Assembly (NCBI GenBank): GCA_964434285.1
Contig: CAYSUJ010000001.1
Span: forward strand, 104,703-168,702
DNA from: an uncultured Candidatus Saccharibacteria bacterium
GTDB lineage: Bacteria > Patescibacteriota > Minisyncoccia > Phycocordibacterales > UBA2100
Direction of reading: 5' to 3'
DNA length: 64,000 bases
Shown: piece after piece, positions 9,168 to 18,898 of the stretch
Layout of the letters: every line of letters starts with the position of its first letter
Numbering within the stretch: the stretch's first letter is position 1
Program-made: the position numbers and the translations under genes
The notes under the pieces: model-generated
Databases searched by the model: none
What the model was told of the DNA's origin: nothing
Seen by the model: the letters and a program-made list of their open reading frames with translations, nothing else

Positions 9168-9701
9168 ATGACTGTTCTTCGTGCGCTCGTTGTTGTGCTC
9201 GCTGCTTTGTCCTTTAATTGCAGTGTGCGCTCTGCAACGTTCGCTGATGAAAAAGTCACCGTTGAGGTGAAAGCTTGCGCTCCGCAACGAGGTAACGATC
9301 CAACGATCGTGACCAAGAAGGAGGTAACAGTTGAGCAGGACTGCCACCACCCTGTGTTCTCTTCGTCGGCAAAAGTGGTCGACGAAAGATATGGCGTAGA
9401 ATTTGCCGTGCAGGGCCCCTTTGGCGTGACTGACGCTCCAAAGGCCATAGAGCCCGCGCATGAGGATAAGCCTTCGACACATATCAGCTGCACCATAGCG
9501 TATCCGAAAGCGGGCGTTGTTGCTGAGTGGATCATACCCAAAGGCAAGAGTTGTGATGAGCGGGGTCAAACGTTTCGCCTGCTCAAGCCTGAAGAGCAAC
9601 TCTGCCTTATGCCGAGCGGCAAATGCATCAAGATTATTGAGCTGAAACCCGTTGGGCAGAAGCGGGCGCAGGACCTCAAAAAAAAGCTTGCTGCTCAGTA
9701 G
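9168..9701 (+). CDS. Hypothetical secreted protein (signal peptide, 6 Cys)
   Basis: MTVLRALVVVLAALSFNCSVRSA signal peptide. No recognisable domain. Confidence 0.45.
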   Translation: MTVLRALVVVLAALSFNCSVRSATFADEKVTVEVKACAPQRGNDPTIVTKKEVTVEQDCHHPVFSSSAKVVDERYGVEFAVQGPFGVTDAPKAIEPAHEDKPSTHISCTIAYPKAGVVAEWIIPKGKSCDERGQTFRLLKPEEQLCLMPSGKCIKIIELKPVGQKRAQDLKKKLAAQ

Positions 9702-9722
9702 TTCACTGCATAGGTTACTTGT

Positions 9723-9753
9723 AAGCCGCGACGCAAAGCGTCGCGGCTTTATT
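9723..9753 (+). terminator. Rho-independent terminator
   Basis: AAGCCGCGACGC-aaa-GCGTCGCGGCTT followed by TATT. Confidence 0.6.
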
Positions 9754-9809
9754 AACTGTACACTGGGCGCAGTTGTACGCGCGCGGAGTTCGCGATAGGC
9801 TTTTGATAT

Positions 9810-10745
9810 ATGAACCTCAAAGTAACCCCCAAGGATTTCTTCCTCTGGGTGGGGGCGCTTGTCGCTCTCTATAGCTCAGTAACGGCCCTTATCACGCTTC
9901 TCTTCCAATACATTAACTACGCGTATCCTGACCCTCTCGAATACCATTATTTCGCAGAGCCATTCTCCGGCACTATGCGCTTTGCAATGGCGACGCTCAT
10001 CGTGCTCGTACCGCTTGCGCTCTATCTGATGCGACTCATTCGCAACGACATCGCAAATGATCCTACAAAGAGTGAACTCTGGATACGTCGCTGGGCACTC
10101 TTTCTCACCGTCTTTCTCGCGGGAGCCATCGTCATCGTTGACCTCATTACCCTCATCAATTATTTCTTGGGTGGCGATCTTACGACGCGCTTCGTCTTAA
10201 AGGTTCTCGTCGTGCTTCTTGTCGCCGGCGGAGCTTTTCTCCATTTTCTCGCGGATTTGCGTGGTTATTGGAGCGCGGAGCCCGCGCGAGCGCGCATGGT
10301 GGGTTGGGCAGCTGGTGCGCTCGTACTTGCATCTATCGTTGCGGGATTCTTCATCATGGGCACACCGGGTGAGGTGCGCCTCTCCCGCTTTGACGAGGAG
10401 AAAGTGAGCAACCTCCAGAACATCCAATACCAAATCGTCAACTACTACCAGCAAAAAGGCATGGTGCCGGCGCAGCTCTCTGATATCGAAGATCCATTGA
10501 GCGGGTGGGTTATGCCAAAAGATCCGCAGGGAGAAACATACCGCTATCAGAAAAAAGGAGAGCTTTCGTTCTCGCTTTGTGCCATTTTCAACAAGGAAAG
10601 CCGTATGCAAGAGTCTTCGATGCGCCCAACAAGTCCGTATGGCGAGCCAAAGCTCGATGAGAATTGGACACATGGCTCCGGCGAAGAATGCTTCGACCGC
10701 ACCATCGATCCCGATAGGTATCCATTGTTTGAGAAAATTCGTTAG
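9810..10745 (+). CDS. Hypothetical integral membrane protein: N-terminal 4-5 TM domain + C-terminal soluble domain; resembles the DUF5671-type proteins common in Patescibacteria (from memory, unverified)
   Basis: Multiple hydrophobic helices in residues 10-190. C-terminal ~110 aa hydrophilic region containing EECFDRTIDPDRYPLFEKIR. Confidence 0.45.
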   Translation: MNLKVTPKDFFLWVGALVALYSSVTALITLLFQYINYAYPDPLEYHYFAEPFSGTMRFAMATLIVLVPLALYLMRLIRNDIANDPTKSELWIRRWALFLTVFLAGAIVIVDLITLINYFLGGDLTTRFVLKVLVVLLVAGGAFLHFLADLRGYWSAEPARARMVGWAAGALVLASIVAGFFIMGTPGEVRLSRFDEEKVSNLQNIQYQIVNYYQQKGMVPAQLSDIEDPLSGWVMPKDPQGETYRYQKKGELSFSLCAIFNKESRMQESSMRPTSPYGEPKLDENWTHGSGEECFDRTIDPDRYPLFEKIR

Positions 10746-10746
10746 A

Positions 10747-10776
10747 GAAAAGCCGCTCCCTAAGGAGCGGCTTTCA
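10747..10776. terminator. Bidirectional hairpin terminator between convergent genes
   Basis: AAAAGCCGCTCC-ctaa-GGAGCGGCTTTC. Confidence 0.5.
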
Positions 10777-11007
10777 GTGTGTTCCATTTCTGGAAACCGA
10801 TATAGAGCCAGGCAACGCCAAGCGTCAGTGCGCTGATCGCACTACTCCAGAGCTGGAGCGTTCCGAACGTGGTCGCCACAACCATCACCATGAGTCCAGT
10901 GGAAACCGAGCTCAAAAGCGGCGGCTTGTCTGTCGGGTGGCGTATCGTCGGAATCAGAGCTACGAGAAAGAACCAGTTTGCGAACGCAAGCACATAATCC
11001 TGCCACA
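10760..11007 (-). CDS. Small membrane protein (82 aa, 2 TM)
   Basis: MWQDYVLAFANWFFLVALIPTIRHP...LTLGVAWLYIGFQKW. The longer ORF to 11095 would overlap the leuS start. Confidence 0.4.
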
Positions 11008-11074
11008 TGTGTTTCTCCTTCAGCTTTACGGCAGGAATATACCAGATTAGGAGTCCTCGTGCTATTCTCGTTCC

Positions 11075-13504
11075 ATGCGCGCGTACGACCACCAAAAGAT
11101 AGAGAAGAAGTGGCAGAAGGAGTGGGAGAAATCTGGTGTGTATCGCTCTGCCGAGGATGGCTCAAAGCCGAAGTCGTATGTGCTCGATATGTTTCCGTAC
11201 CCTTCAGGGGAGGGGCTTCATGTGGGGCATCCTAAAGGCTACATCGCAACTGATATCGTCTCTCGCATGGCACGTATGCAGGGAAAGAATGTGCTGCATC
11301 CTATGGGCTGGGACGCGTTCGGTCTGCCCGCAGAAAACTACGCGATCAAGAACAAAGTGCACCCACGAAAAGCAGTAGAAAAGAATGTTGCGCGTTTCAA
11401 AGAGCAACTCCAGAAGATCGGCTTAGATTACGACTGGAGTAGGGAAATAAACACGACCGATCCTGAATATTACAAATGGACGCAGTGGATTTTCTTGAAG
11501 CTCTACGAAAAAGGGCTCGCGTATCAATCATTCGAGCCGATCAACTGGTGTCCATCGTGTCAGACGGGGCTCGCAAACGAAGACCTCGACGGGAATGTGT
11601 GCGAGCGCTGTGGCACCATCGTCGAAAAACGCCCGATGCGTCAGTGGACACTCAAGATCACCGATTATGCCGAGCGACTCCTCAAAGATCTCGATCTACT
11701 CCCCGAGTGGCAAGAGCACATTAGGGAATCTCAACGAAATTGGATAGGGAAAAGCGAGGGGGCTGAGATTGATTTTCAGCTGACTGGCGGCGGAGCAGTA
11801 AAAGTTTTTACCACACGTCCTGACACGCTTTTTGGTGCGACGTACGTGGTCATTGCACCAGAACATCCTATTCTCAAAGAATTGCAGTCGCGCGTCACTA
11901 TCCTCGACGAAGTTGTCGCGTATGCAAAACAGGCTGCAGAAAAAACGGAAATAGAGCGAACCGCCGAGGGTAAAGAAAAAACCGGCGTAAAGCTTGAAGG
12001 CGTCTCCGCCATAAATCCCGCAACAAAAGAAGAGATTCCCATTTTTGTTGCCGACTACGTCCTCGCCCACCACGGCACCGGCGCCATCATGGCAGTCCCA
12101 GCGCACGACGAACGCGATTTTGCATTCGCGAGGAAATTCAATCTACCTGTTAAGGTCGTGATAGCACCCGATTTCATAATGGCCTCGGGAAGTAAATATG
12201 ATGCTTCTCACCTTGATGATGAATACACTTCTGGTACTCGCTGCTGGACGAATGACGGCTACGTTCGTGACTCTGAACATTTTACAGGGATGAAATCGGC
12301 TGAAGCCCGAAGTGCAATTACCGAGAAGTTCGGTACGAAGAAAACCACCTACAAACTACGCGACTGGGTTTTTTCCCGACAACGGTACTGGGGAGAACCA
12401 ATTCCTATTGTGCATTGCGAGAAATGCGGCGTTGTGCCGGTGCCTGAGAGCGAGCTCCCTGTAAAGTTGCCAGAAGTGGAACACTACGAGCCGACGGGGA
12501 CGGGGGAATCACCACTCGCTGCAATTGATTCATGGGTGAATACCACATGCCCCAAGTGTGGTGGTGCGGCAAAGCGCGAGACGAACACCATGCCGCAGTG
12601 GGCGGGCTCGAGCTGGTATTACCTTCGCTATATGGATCCAAAGAATGATGCGGCGCTCGTCGACTCCGCGAAAGAAAAATACTGGGCACCCGTTGATGTG
12701 TATGTGGGTGGAGCAGAACACGCAACACGTCACCTTATTTACGCGCGCTTTTGGCACAAATTCTTGCAGGACATCGGCGTGGTTTCTATGCCAGAGCCTT
12801 TCACGCGTCTGATTTCAGTGGGGCTTATTCAGGCAGAAGATGGCCGTAAGATGTCCAAGCGCTTCGGCAACGTCATCAACCCTGACGACATCGTGGAAAC
12901 CTACGGCGCTGATACGCTGCGCATCTATGAGATGTTCATGGGGCCATTTTCGGACGCGATTGCATGGAAGACGTCCTCACTCATCGGTGCGCGCCGATTC
13001 TTAGAGCGCGTGTGGCGATTGCAGGAATCGTTCGTCACCGATTTAAACGCAGAAACGGAGCGCGCACTTCATCAAACCATCAAGAAGGTGGGCGAGGATA
13101 TCCAGAATTTCAAATTCAACACGGCAATCAGCCAGATGATGATTTTTGTGAACGAAGCAGAAAAATCTGGAATCACAAAGGAACAATATCAAGCCTTCAT
13201 TACACTCCTCTCGCCCTTTGCGCCGCACATTGCGGAAGACATTTGGCACGAACTAGGGAACGAAGGTTCCGTGCATGTCGCCCCATGGCCTCAGTATGAT
13301 GATAGTAGGTTGCTTGCAAACGAAGTCACTATCGTCGTCCAAGTGAACGGCAAAGCACGTGCCACGCTCAATCTCGCACGCGATTCTGCAAAAGAAGCTG
13401 TCGAAAAAGCTGCTCAAGAAGCCGCCACAAAATGGCTTGAAGGCAAGACTCCAAGCAAAGTTATTTTCGTACCAAATCGCCTCTTGAATCTTGTAATTGC
13501 ATAA
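11075..13504 (+). CDS. leuS: Leucyl-tRNA synthetase
   Basis: HVGHPKGY (HIGH) and KMSKRFGN (KMSKS) motifs. 809 aa class I aaRS with LeuRS-like N-terminus (KIEKKWQKEWEKSGVY). Confidence 0.95.
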   Translation: MRAYDHQKIEKKWQKEWEKSGVYRSAEDGSKPKSYVLDMFPYPSGEGLHVGHPKGYIATDIVSRMARMQGKNVLHPMGWDAFGLPAENYAIKNKVHPRKAVEKNVARFKEQLQKIGLDYDWSREINTTDPEYYKWTQWIFLKLYEKGLAYQSFEPINWCPSCQTGLANEDLDGNVCERCGTIVEKRPMRQWTLKITDYAERLLKDLDLLPEWQEHIRESQRNWIGKSEGAEIDFQLTGGGAVKVFTTRPDTLFGATYVVIAPEHPILKELQSRVTILDEVVAYAKQAAEKTEIERTAEGKEKTGVKLEGVSAINPATKEEIPIFVADYVLAHHGTGAIMAVPAHDERDFAFARKFNLPVKVVIAPDFIMASGSKYDASHLDDEYTSGTRCWTNDGYVRDSEHFTGMKSAEARSAITEKFGTKKTTYKLRDWVFSRQRYWGEPIPIVHCEKCGVVPVPESELPVKLPEVEHYEPTGTGESPLAAIDSWVNTTCPKCGGAAKRETNTMPQWAGSSWYYLRYMDPKNDAALVDSAKEKYWAPVDVYVGGAEHATRHLIYARFWHKFLQDIGVVSMPEPFTRLISVGLIQAEDGRKMSKRFGNVINPDDIVETYGADTLRIYEMFMGPFSDAIAWKTSSLIGARRFLERVWRLQESFVTDLNAETERALHQTIKKVGEDIQNFKFNTAISQMMIFVNEAEKSGITKEQYQAFITLLSPFAPHIAEDIWHELGNEGSVHVAPWPQYDDSRLLANEVTIVVQVNGKARATLNLARDSAKEAVEKAAQEAATKWLEGKTPSKVIFVPNRLLNLVIA

Positions 13505-13571
13505 TTAGTGTAACGTGGCATAATATTAACTAACCCTGCGGGTTGTCTGCGGGAATGAAGGAGAAGAACTC

Positions 13572-13697
13572 ATGTTCATGGCAAAAGCGGTCGTCCTTGC
13601 ATTGGGTTTGCTCGCTACCTTAGTGATTTGGACCGAGTGGTCTCAACTCAGAGAGCCCAAGGAGACGCCGGCATCCACCATCAGTCTGGTGCGATAA
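13572..13697 (+). CDS. Small membrane peptide (41 aa)
   Basis: Strong SD (GAAGGAGAAG) 6 nt upstream of the ATG. MFMAKAVVLALGLLATLVIWTEWSQLREPKETPASTISLVR. Followed by a perfect 11-bp hairpin. Confidence 0.35.
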   Translation: MFMAKAVVLALGLLATLVIWTEWSQLREPKETPASTISLVR

Positions 13698-13710
13698 ATT
13701 TTCTCGCCCC

Positions 13711-13737
13711 AAGCGCCTGACCTCACGTCAGGCGCTT
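13711..13737 (+). terminator. Perfect 11-bp hairpin (AAGCGCCTGAC-ctcac-GTCAGGCGCTT) overlapping the last codons and stop of cysS
   Basis: Seen directly in the sequence. Lies between convergent small ORF (+) and cysS (-). Confidence 0.5.
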
Positions 13738-15176
13738 GTCTTTCTCACTACGCGAGGGCCTGTAGCGGTATCTTCAATGACATAGCCCGCCAATTCGATT
13801 TCTTTACGTGCGGCGTCGGCGTCATCCCATTTCTTTTCTTTTCGCGCTTCCTCACGCTTCATAAGAAGTTCCTGAATGTTTCCTGGAACTGCCTCTTCCG
13901 CAATGACGACACCAAATTCTGTTTCCCACAGTTTCCGCGCTTGGGTATCTTCACCTGCAAGATTAAGTCCGAGCACCTGGTCAAAGTCCACAAGACCCGC
14001 ACGCAGATTTTTTGGCGCGAGCGACGAATCTTTCGTCATCTCCCAAAGAATTGCGAGTGCGCCTGGCGTATCGAGGTCGTGTGCAATTTTTTCAGTGAAG
14101 CGGTGTTTGTAATCCTCAGGAACCGAGCCTCCTTCGGGAAGGGTGTCGACAAATCTGCGTAGTTTGAGGAATGCTGTTTGTGCAGACGTGAGCGCTTCCC
14201 AGGTAAACGAGGCAGGCTGACGATAGTGCGCGCCGAGAAGAAGATAGCGGAATGCGAGCGGGTGGAATCCTTTTTCGATAACGTCGGTGAGATAGACGAC
14301 ATTGCCCTCAGACTTTGCCATCTTTCCGCCGTCGAGCTGGAGATGCGCGCGATGCATCCAGAAGCGTGCAAACGGACGCTTCCCGCTCGCACTCTCTGAC
14401 TGCGCGATCTCGTTGTTGTGATGCACGGGGATATGCTCGATGCCGCCCGTATGGATGTCTATCTGCTCTCCGAGGAGCTCTTTGCTCATCGCCGAACATT
14501 CGATATGCCATCCTGGAAATCCTTTTCCCCAGGGCGAGTCCCACCCGATCTTCTCATCGTTCTTCCAGAGCACGAAGTCAGTCGGATTCTTCTTCTCCTC
14601 ATTCGTCGCGACACGGACGCCTTCCTTCAAAGCGTCGAGTTTAATGTTGCCCAGCGCGCCATATGCAGGGAAGCGAGAGGTATCGAAATACACGGCTTTC
14701 GCTCCGACATACGCAAAGCCTTTTTTTTGAAGCGTTTTGATCATCTCAATCTGCTCTGGCACGTACGCGGAGGCTCGTGGAAATTGTGTGCTCTCAGTGC
14801 GGATATTAAGTGTTGCGAGATCATGCAAAAAAATCGTCGCATACTTCTCAGCGAGCGTATGCATATTTTCAAGCGTGGGCGAGAGCCCCTCCTGCTTCAG
14901 CCCCTTCATCATCTTGTCGTCGCCCTCGTCCGCGTCCGATGTAAGATGGCCGAAATCGGTGATATTGATGACCTGCTTAACTGAGTAGCCTGCGTATTCA
15001 AGTGTCCGACGGAGTATGTCGGTAAAGACAAACATCGAAAGGTTGCCGATGTGTTGCACTCCATACACCGTCGGCCCGCAGTGGTACATTTTCACCTCTT
15101 GCCCCTGTAAACCAAGAGGCTCTTCTTTTTTAGAGAGCGTGTTATGGAGCACAATCTCACTTTTCATAACAGCCAT
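13728..15176 (-). CDS. cysS: Cysteinyl-tRNA synthetase
   Basis: CGPTVYGVQHIGN (HIGH) and KMAKSEGN (KMSKS) motifs. Confidence 0.93.
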   Translation of the reverse strand: MAVMKSEIVLHNTLSKKEEPLGLQGQEVKMYHCGPTVYGVQHIGNLSMFVFTDILRRTLEYAGYSVKQVINITDFGHLTSDADEGDDKMMKGLKQEGLSPTLENMHTLAEKYATIFLHDLATLNIRTESTQFPRASAYVPEQIEMIKTLQKKGFAYVGAKAVYFDTSRFPAYGALGNIKLDALKEGVRVATNEEKKNPTDFVLWKNDEKIGWDSPWGKGFPGWHIECSAMSKELLGEQIDIHTGGIEHIPVHHNNEIAQSESASGKRPFARFWMHRAHLQLDGGKMAKSEGNVVYLTDVIEKGFHPLAFRYLLLGAHYRQPASFTWEALTSAQTAFLKLRRFVDTLPEGGSVPEDYKHRFTEKIAHDLDTPGALAILWEMTKDSSLAPKNLRAGLVDFDQVLGLNLAGEDTQARKLWETEFGVVIAEEAVPGNIQELLMKREEARKEKKWDDADAARKEIELAGYVIEDTATGPRVVRKTSA

Positions 15177-15183
15177 CCTATCA

Positions 15184-15213
15184 GCTAGAAGCTAGAAGCT
15201 CAAAACTAGAAGC
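15184..15213. repeat. Short tandem repeat TAGAAGC x3 between kefB-like stop and cysS start
   Basis: gcTAGAAGCTAGAAGCtcaaaacTAGAAGCt. Confidence 0.4.
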
Positions 15214-16904
15214 TATTGCTTTGGGTGTTCGTGTCCGGCAGAGACGCGCAACATGAGGTCATCGAGATGCTCAGAGCGTAATATTTCATACTTATCGCGA
15301 TTACTCTTAAAACGAAGGACAATCTCAGCCGCGTGTTTACTGCCCAAAAAGTGGGGAAGTACGACGTAATCGACACCGCCCTCGTAGTGACCGATGGCGT
15401 CCGTCACGCGATGAGCAACGACGATAACCACAGCCTCGGGGGAGGCGGCGCGCACGGTTTGGTGGAGAAGGGAATTCACTTCTGGGTCGGGAACAGTCGA
15501 GAGCACCAGCTCGACGCGTGAGAAATCTATCGTCTCGAGGAAATCGAGATCTCCTGCGTCGCCATAAAGCGCTGGGATGCCGCGCGCCTTGAGTTCCGCG
15601 ATACGATCGGGATCGTGGTCAACGACGAGAAACGGACGATCAAACTTTTCAAGCACGTGCAGGAAATCGTGGCCAATGCGGTTGCATCCAAAAAGCACAA
15701 TCTCGCTATGCTTCACGCGCATACGCGGTTCGCGCGCGTTTGCGCGCTCAAATATTGAGAGTAGAGGCGAGATGCGTTTGTAGATGCTGTCCGAATAGAG
15801 TACGAGATACGTCGAGCCGAAAATCGTGATGAGCCCAACAAGAGTCACGAGTGAGAGATGCTCTTGTGTGAGGTGCCCGAGGGAAACGCCGAGCGCCATA
15901 AGAATGAGCGAGAATTCGCTAATTTGTGCCACCGTGAAGCCCGTCTGAAGCGAAGTCTTCTTCTTGTAGCCCATAAAGCCGAGGATCGCCATGAGAATGA
16001 GAGGATTCCCAACGAGGACGAGTGCCGAGAGGACGAGGGCCGGCACAATCAATTCGTGCAGATTACCGAGTTGTAGCTCGGCGCCAAGATAAATGAAGAA
16101 GATGACTATAAAGAAATCGCGGAGCGGTGAGAGGCGTGCGCTGATTTCTAGTCGTGCCGGGATTGCAGCAAGCGCGACGCCGGCAATGAGAGCACCGCTC
16201 TCAAGCGAAAATCCAATTTCATAAAAGAGTGCCGCAATGCCGATGCCCCAGGCGAGCGCAAAAAGGAAAAGAAATTCCGGCGATTTCGCGATGTAGGTGT
16301 TTACGCGCGGCAGAATGAAGCGTGCAACAAGAATGATTGCCGCAATAAGTACAAGGCCAAGACCGAGGAGCTTCACAATACTGACGTAAGAAGCGTCGGA
16401 TGTGAAAAGAGGGATGGCAAAAAGGAGACCGACGGCGATCAAATCCTGCACAAGCAAGAATCCGATAGCAATTTTTGCGTAGAGTGTCTCCAGGTCTCCT
16501 TTGTCCGAGATCAGCTTCATGATGATGATCGTGGAGGAAAAGGCAAGTGCTATCGCGATATACATGGATGGCAGAAGTGGTAAGCCAAGTGCTACACACA
16601 CCCAATATCCGGCGAGTGTCGTAATCACCACCTGCCCAATGCCGGTAATCAGGGAAACGCGTCCGAATTTCTTGATGATGGAAGGATCAAGATGAAGTCC
16701 GACGGTAAAGAGCAAAATGGCGACACCGATCTGTCCCAAAAGCGCCAGCGTTTCCTCAGAGTGGATGAGATTAAAGACAAACGGCCCCGCGATGAGTCCG
16801 GTCAGAATGTGTCCAATAATGAGTGGCTGGCGCAAAAGGCGCATCACGAGTGCGACCCCGGTCGCAAGCACGACCAGCACACTTAATTCAGAAAAAAGTC
16901 CCAT
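15213..16904 (-). CDS. Monovalent cation:proton antiporter-2 (Kef-type K+/H+ antiporter) with C-terminal TrkA-N/RCK domain
   Basis: About 12 TM Na+/H+ exchanger-like domain plus an RCK segment (IVLFGCNRIGHDFLHVLEKFDRPFLVVDHDPDRIAELKARGIPALYGDAGD). Start chosen at MGLFSEL. Confidence 0.8.
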   Translation of the reverse strand: MGLFSELSVLVVLATGVALVMRLLRQPLIIGHILTGLIAGPFVFNLIHSEETLALLGQIGVAILLFTVGLHLDPSIIKKFGRVSLITGIGQVVITTLAGYWVCVALGLPLLPSMYIAIALAFSSTIIIMKLISDKGDLETLYAKIAIGFLLVQDLIAVGLLFAIPLFTSDASYVSIVKLLGLGLVLIAAIILVARFILPRVNTYIAKSPEFLFLFALAWGIGIAALFYEIGFSLESGALIAGVALAAIPARLEISARLSPLRDFFIVIFFIYLGAELQLGNLHELIVPALVLSALVLVGNPLILMAILGFMGYKKKTSLQTGFTVAQISEFSLILMALGVSLGHLTQEHLSLVTLVGLITIFGSTYLVLYSDSIYKRISPLLSIFERANAREPRMRVKHSEIVLFGCNRIGHDFLHVLEKFDRPFLVVDHDPDRIAELKARGIPALYGDAGDLDFLETIDFSRVELVLSTVPDPEVNSLLHQTVRAASPEAVVIVVAHRVTDAIGHYEGGVDYVVLPHFLGSKHAAEIVLRFKSNRDKYEILRSEHLDDLMLRVSAGHEHPKQ

Positions 16905-16968
16905 GGAGTAGGGAAAGTGTAGCATGTGCGATTTGGCAGAGGTTAGCGTGGTGTGCGATACTGGCGGA

Positions 16969-18216
16969 ATGCAAGAACAGAGCAAAGCCGCGCTCATCAT
17001 TGGATCTACATTCCTATTGGGTGTCGGCTTTTGGGGCGGCTACCTCACGGCGAATCGCGCCAGCATGCCTGCGGCAATCGTGCAGGCCCTCGGAGGTGAG
17101 GCTCCGCCCGAGGGAGTTGATCTCACGCCGGTATGGCGGGCATGGCAAGTGATTGATGAGCGATTTGTTCCAGCGTCCGTGCCGCCAGTCGACGCTTCTT
17201 CAACAGCACCAGTTCCCGTCGGCACTCCCGAAGAGCGTCGTGTGTACGGCATGATTCAAGGTCTTGCCGATTCTCTTGGAGATCCCTACACGTTCTATCT
17301 GCCACCCGTGGAGCAGAAGCAATTTGAGGAAGATCTCTCGGGTAATTTTGAGGGCGTGGGCATGGAAATTGCCATTCGCGATGAAGTTTTGACCGTCGTT
17401 GCGCCACTCAAGGGAACACCCGCTGAACGCGCAGGGCTCAAACCAAACGATCGTGTGCTCAAAATCAACGACGTCGAAACGCGGGGTATGGATATCACCA
17501 CCGCCGTGAGCCGCATCCGCGGCCCGAAGGGGAGTGAGGTAACACTTCTCGTTGTGCGCGAGGGCTGGGAAGGGCCACGTGATATCAAGGTCATGCGCGA
17601 TGTCATCAATATCCCCATTCTTGAAACAGAAACGAAGGATGACGTCTTCGTGATCTCACTTCACAATTTCACTGCAAATTCGCCGATGTTGTTCCGTGAT
17701 GCGCTTCGTGCATTTGTGGAATCCGGAAAAAATAAACTCATTCTCGATTTGCGTGGAAACCCGGGCGGATATCTCGAAGCTTCTGTTGACATGGCGAGCT
17801 GGTTCTTGCCATCGGGAAAAGTGGTGGTGACTGAAGATTATGGTGGCAATCGCGACAACGTGCACCACCGCAGCCGCGGCTACAATGTCTTTAATGAGAA
17901 TCTCAAGATGGTGATTCTCGTCGACAAAGGCTCGGCCTCTGCTTCCGAGATTCTCGCGGGCGCACTTCGTCATCATGGCGTGGCAAAGCTCGTAGGAACG
18001 ACGACTTTTGGCAAAGGTTCGGTGCAAGAACTCGTGCCGATCACGGAACTCACGGGTTTGAAGATCACCGTCGCGCGTTGGCTCATGCCGGGCGGCGATC
18101 AGATTCCGCACGACGGCATCGTGCCAGACACGGAAGTGAAAGTGGAAGAAAAAGATGTTGAAGAAGGCAAAGATCGCCAAATGGAAAAAGCACTCGAATT
18201 AGTGCGAGGCATGTAG
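16969..18216 (+). CDS. ctpA: Carboxyl-terminal processing protease (peptidase S41, CtpA/Prc-like) with PDZ domain
   Basis: PDZ (GMEIAIRDEVLTVVAPLKGTPAERAGLKPNDRVLKIND) and S41 core (DLRGNPGGYL...TFGKGSVQ). Confidence 0.85.
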   Translation: MQEQSKAALIIGSTFLLGVGFWGGYLTANRASMPAAIVQALGGEAPPEGVDLTPVWRAWQVIDERFVPASVPPVDASSTAPVPVGTPEERRVYGMIQGLADSLGDPYTFYLPPVEQKQFEEDLSGNFEGVGMEIAIRDEVLTVVAPLKGTPAERAGLKPNDRVLKINDVETRGMDITTAVSRIRGPKGSEVTLLVVREGWEGPRDIKVMRDVINIPILETETKDDVFVISLHNFTANSPMLFRDALRAFVESGKNKLILDLRGNPGGYLEASVDMASWFLPSGKVVVTEDYGGNRDNVHHRSRGYNVFNENLKMVILVDKGSASASEILAGALRHHGVAKLVGTTTFGKGSVQELVPITELTGLKITVARWLMPGGDQIPHDGIVPDTEVKVEEKDVEEGKDRQMEKALELVRGM

Positions 18217-18219
18217 CGT

Positions 18220-18573
18220 ATGGGTATTGAAATTCTCGAGAAACCAGTGACGCGCACGGAGCTTGCAGATAAAGCAAGAGAGATTTTTGGTGAGATGCTA
18301 AAAGCCGTTGTCGATGTTGAACAACAAGTCATTGCTATCGGGCCTGAATTGCACGCCGATGCGCAAACATTCCTCATTGAGAAGGCCGGATCTTCCGGCA
18401 TGCACACATGGGGAATCAACCTATATCCAGGAGACGCTGGGGAGGGCTTTATCGAATATGATTCTTTGGTAAACCTCAAGCCTGCGATCGGAAACAGAAC
18501 GCGCGATGTTGAAAATCCGGAGACGCGCGAAAAGATACGCGCGATTGTACAAAAGTTTGTGACGGATTTCTGA
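18220..18573 (+). CDS. Hypothetical protein (117 aa)
   Basis: No recognised domain. Stop overlaps the start of the next ORF (TGAtATG). Confidence 0.4.
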   Translation: MGIEILEKPVTRTELADKAREIFGEMLKAVVDVEQQVIAIGPELHADAQTFLIEKAGSSGMHTWGINLYPGDAGEGFIEYDSLVNLKPAIGNRTRDVENPETREKIRAIVQKFVTDF

Positions 18574-18574
18574 T

Positions 18575-18898
18575 ATGCATCAAGAATTGGCACAGGGTCG
18601 TTGGCACACACTTTCTCTCGCCTCGCAGATGGCGCACATCGGCAGTGAGGTTTCTCGTATGGTGCGCGCACAGAACGAAGAGCGTCGCATGCAGGCGTTT
18701 ACGCGAGGGCTTGAGCTTTTCGACCTTACACTCGCGGACGTTCGCTGGAAGGGGAGGCATACAGAACTAGCGCGTGCGCGTGAGACTCTCTGCGACGGTA
18801 TGTTCGGGGGAAAAGAATATGGCACAGATATCCGTGTTTTCCAGCGTTATTTTGACCAGTTTGCACTTGCACAGAGTGCAGGCATAATAGGGAAATGA
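18575..18898 (+). CDS. Hypothetical protein (107 aa)
   Basis: No recognised domain. Overlaps rplI start by 4 nt. Confidence 0.4.
   Translation: MHQELAQGRWHTLSLASQMAHIGSEVSRMVRAQNEERRMQAFTRGLELFDLTLADVRWKGRHTELARARETLCDGMFGGKEYGTDIRVFQRYFDQFALAQSAGIIGK

Noticed and set aside
9014-9599. ORFs 9014..9547 and 9120..9599 on the minus strand
   Set aside because: Antisense to ychF 3' end and the secreted-protein gene. No domains. Overlapping each other in different frames.
13505-13571. AACCCTGCGGGTT near-palindrome after leuS as terminator
   Set aside because: Imperfect, short and without a U-tract. More likely part of the promoter/RBS region of the small ORF.
17656-18671. ORFs 17656..18180 (-) and 18099..18671 (-)
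   Set aside because: Antisense to ctpA and the small-protein pair. Composition is atypical (His/Phe or Ser/Arg-rich).
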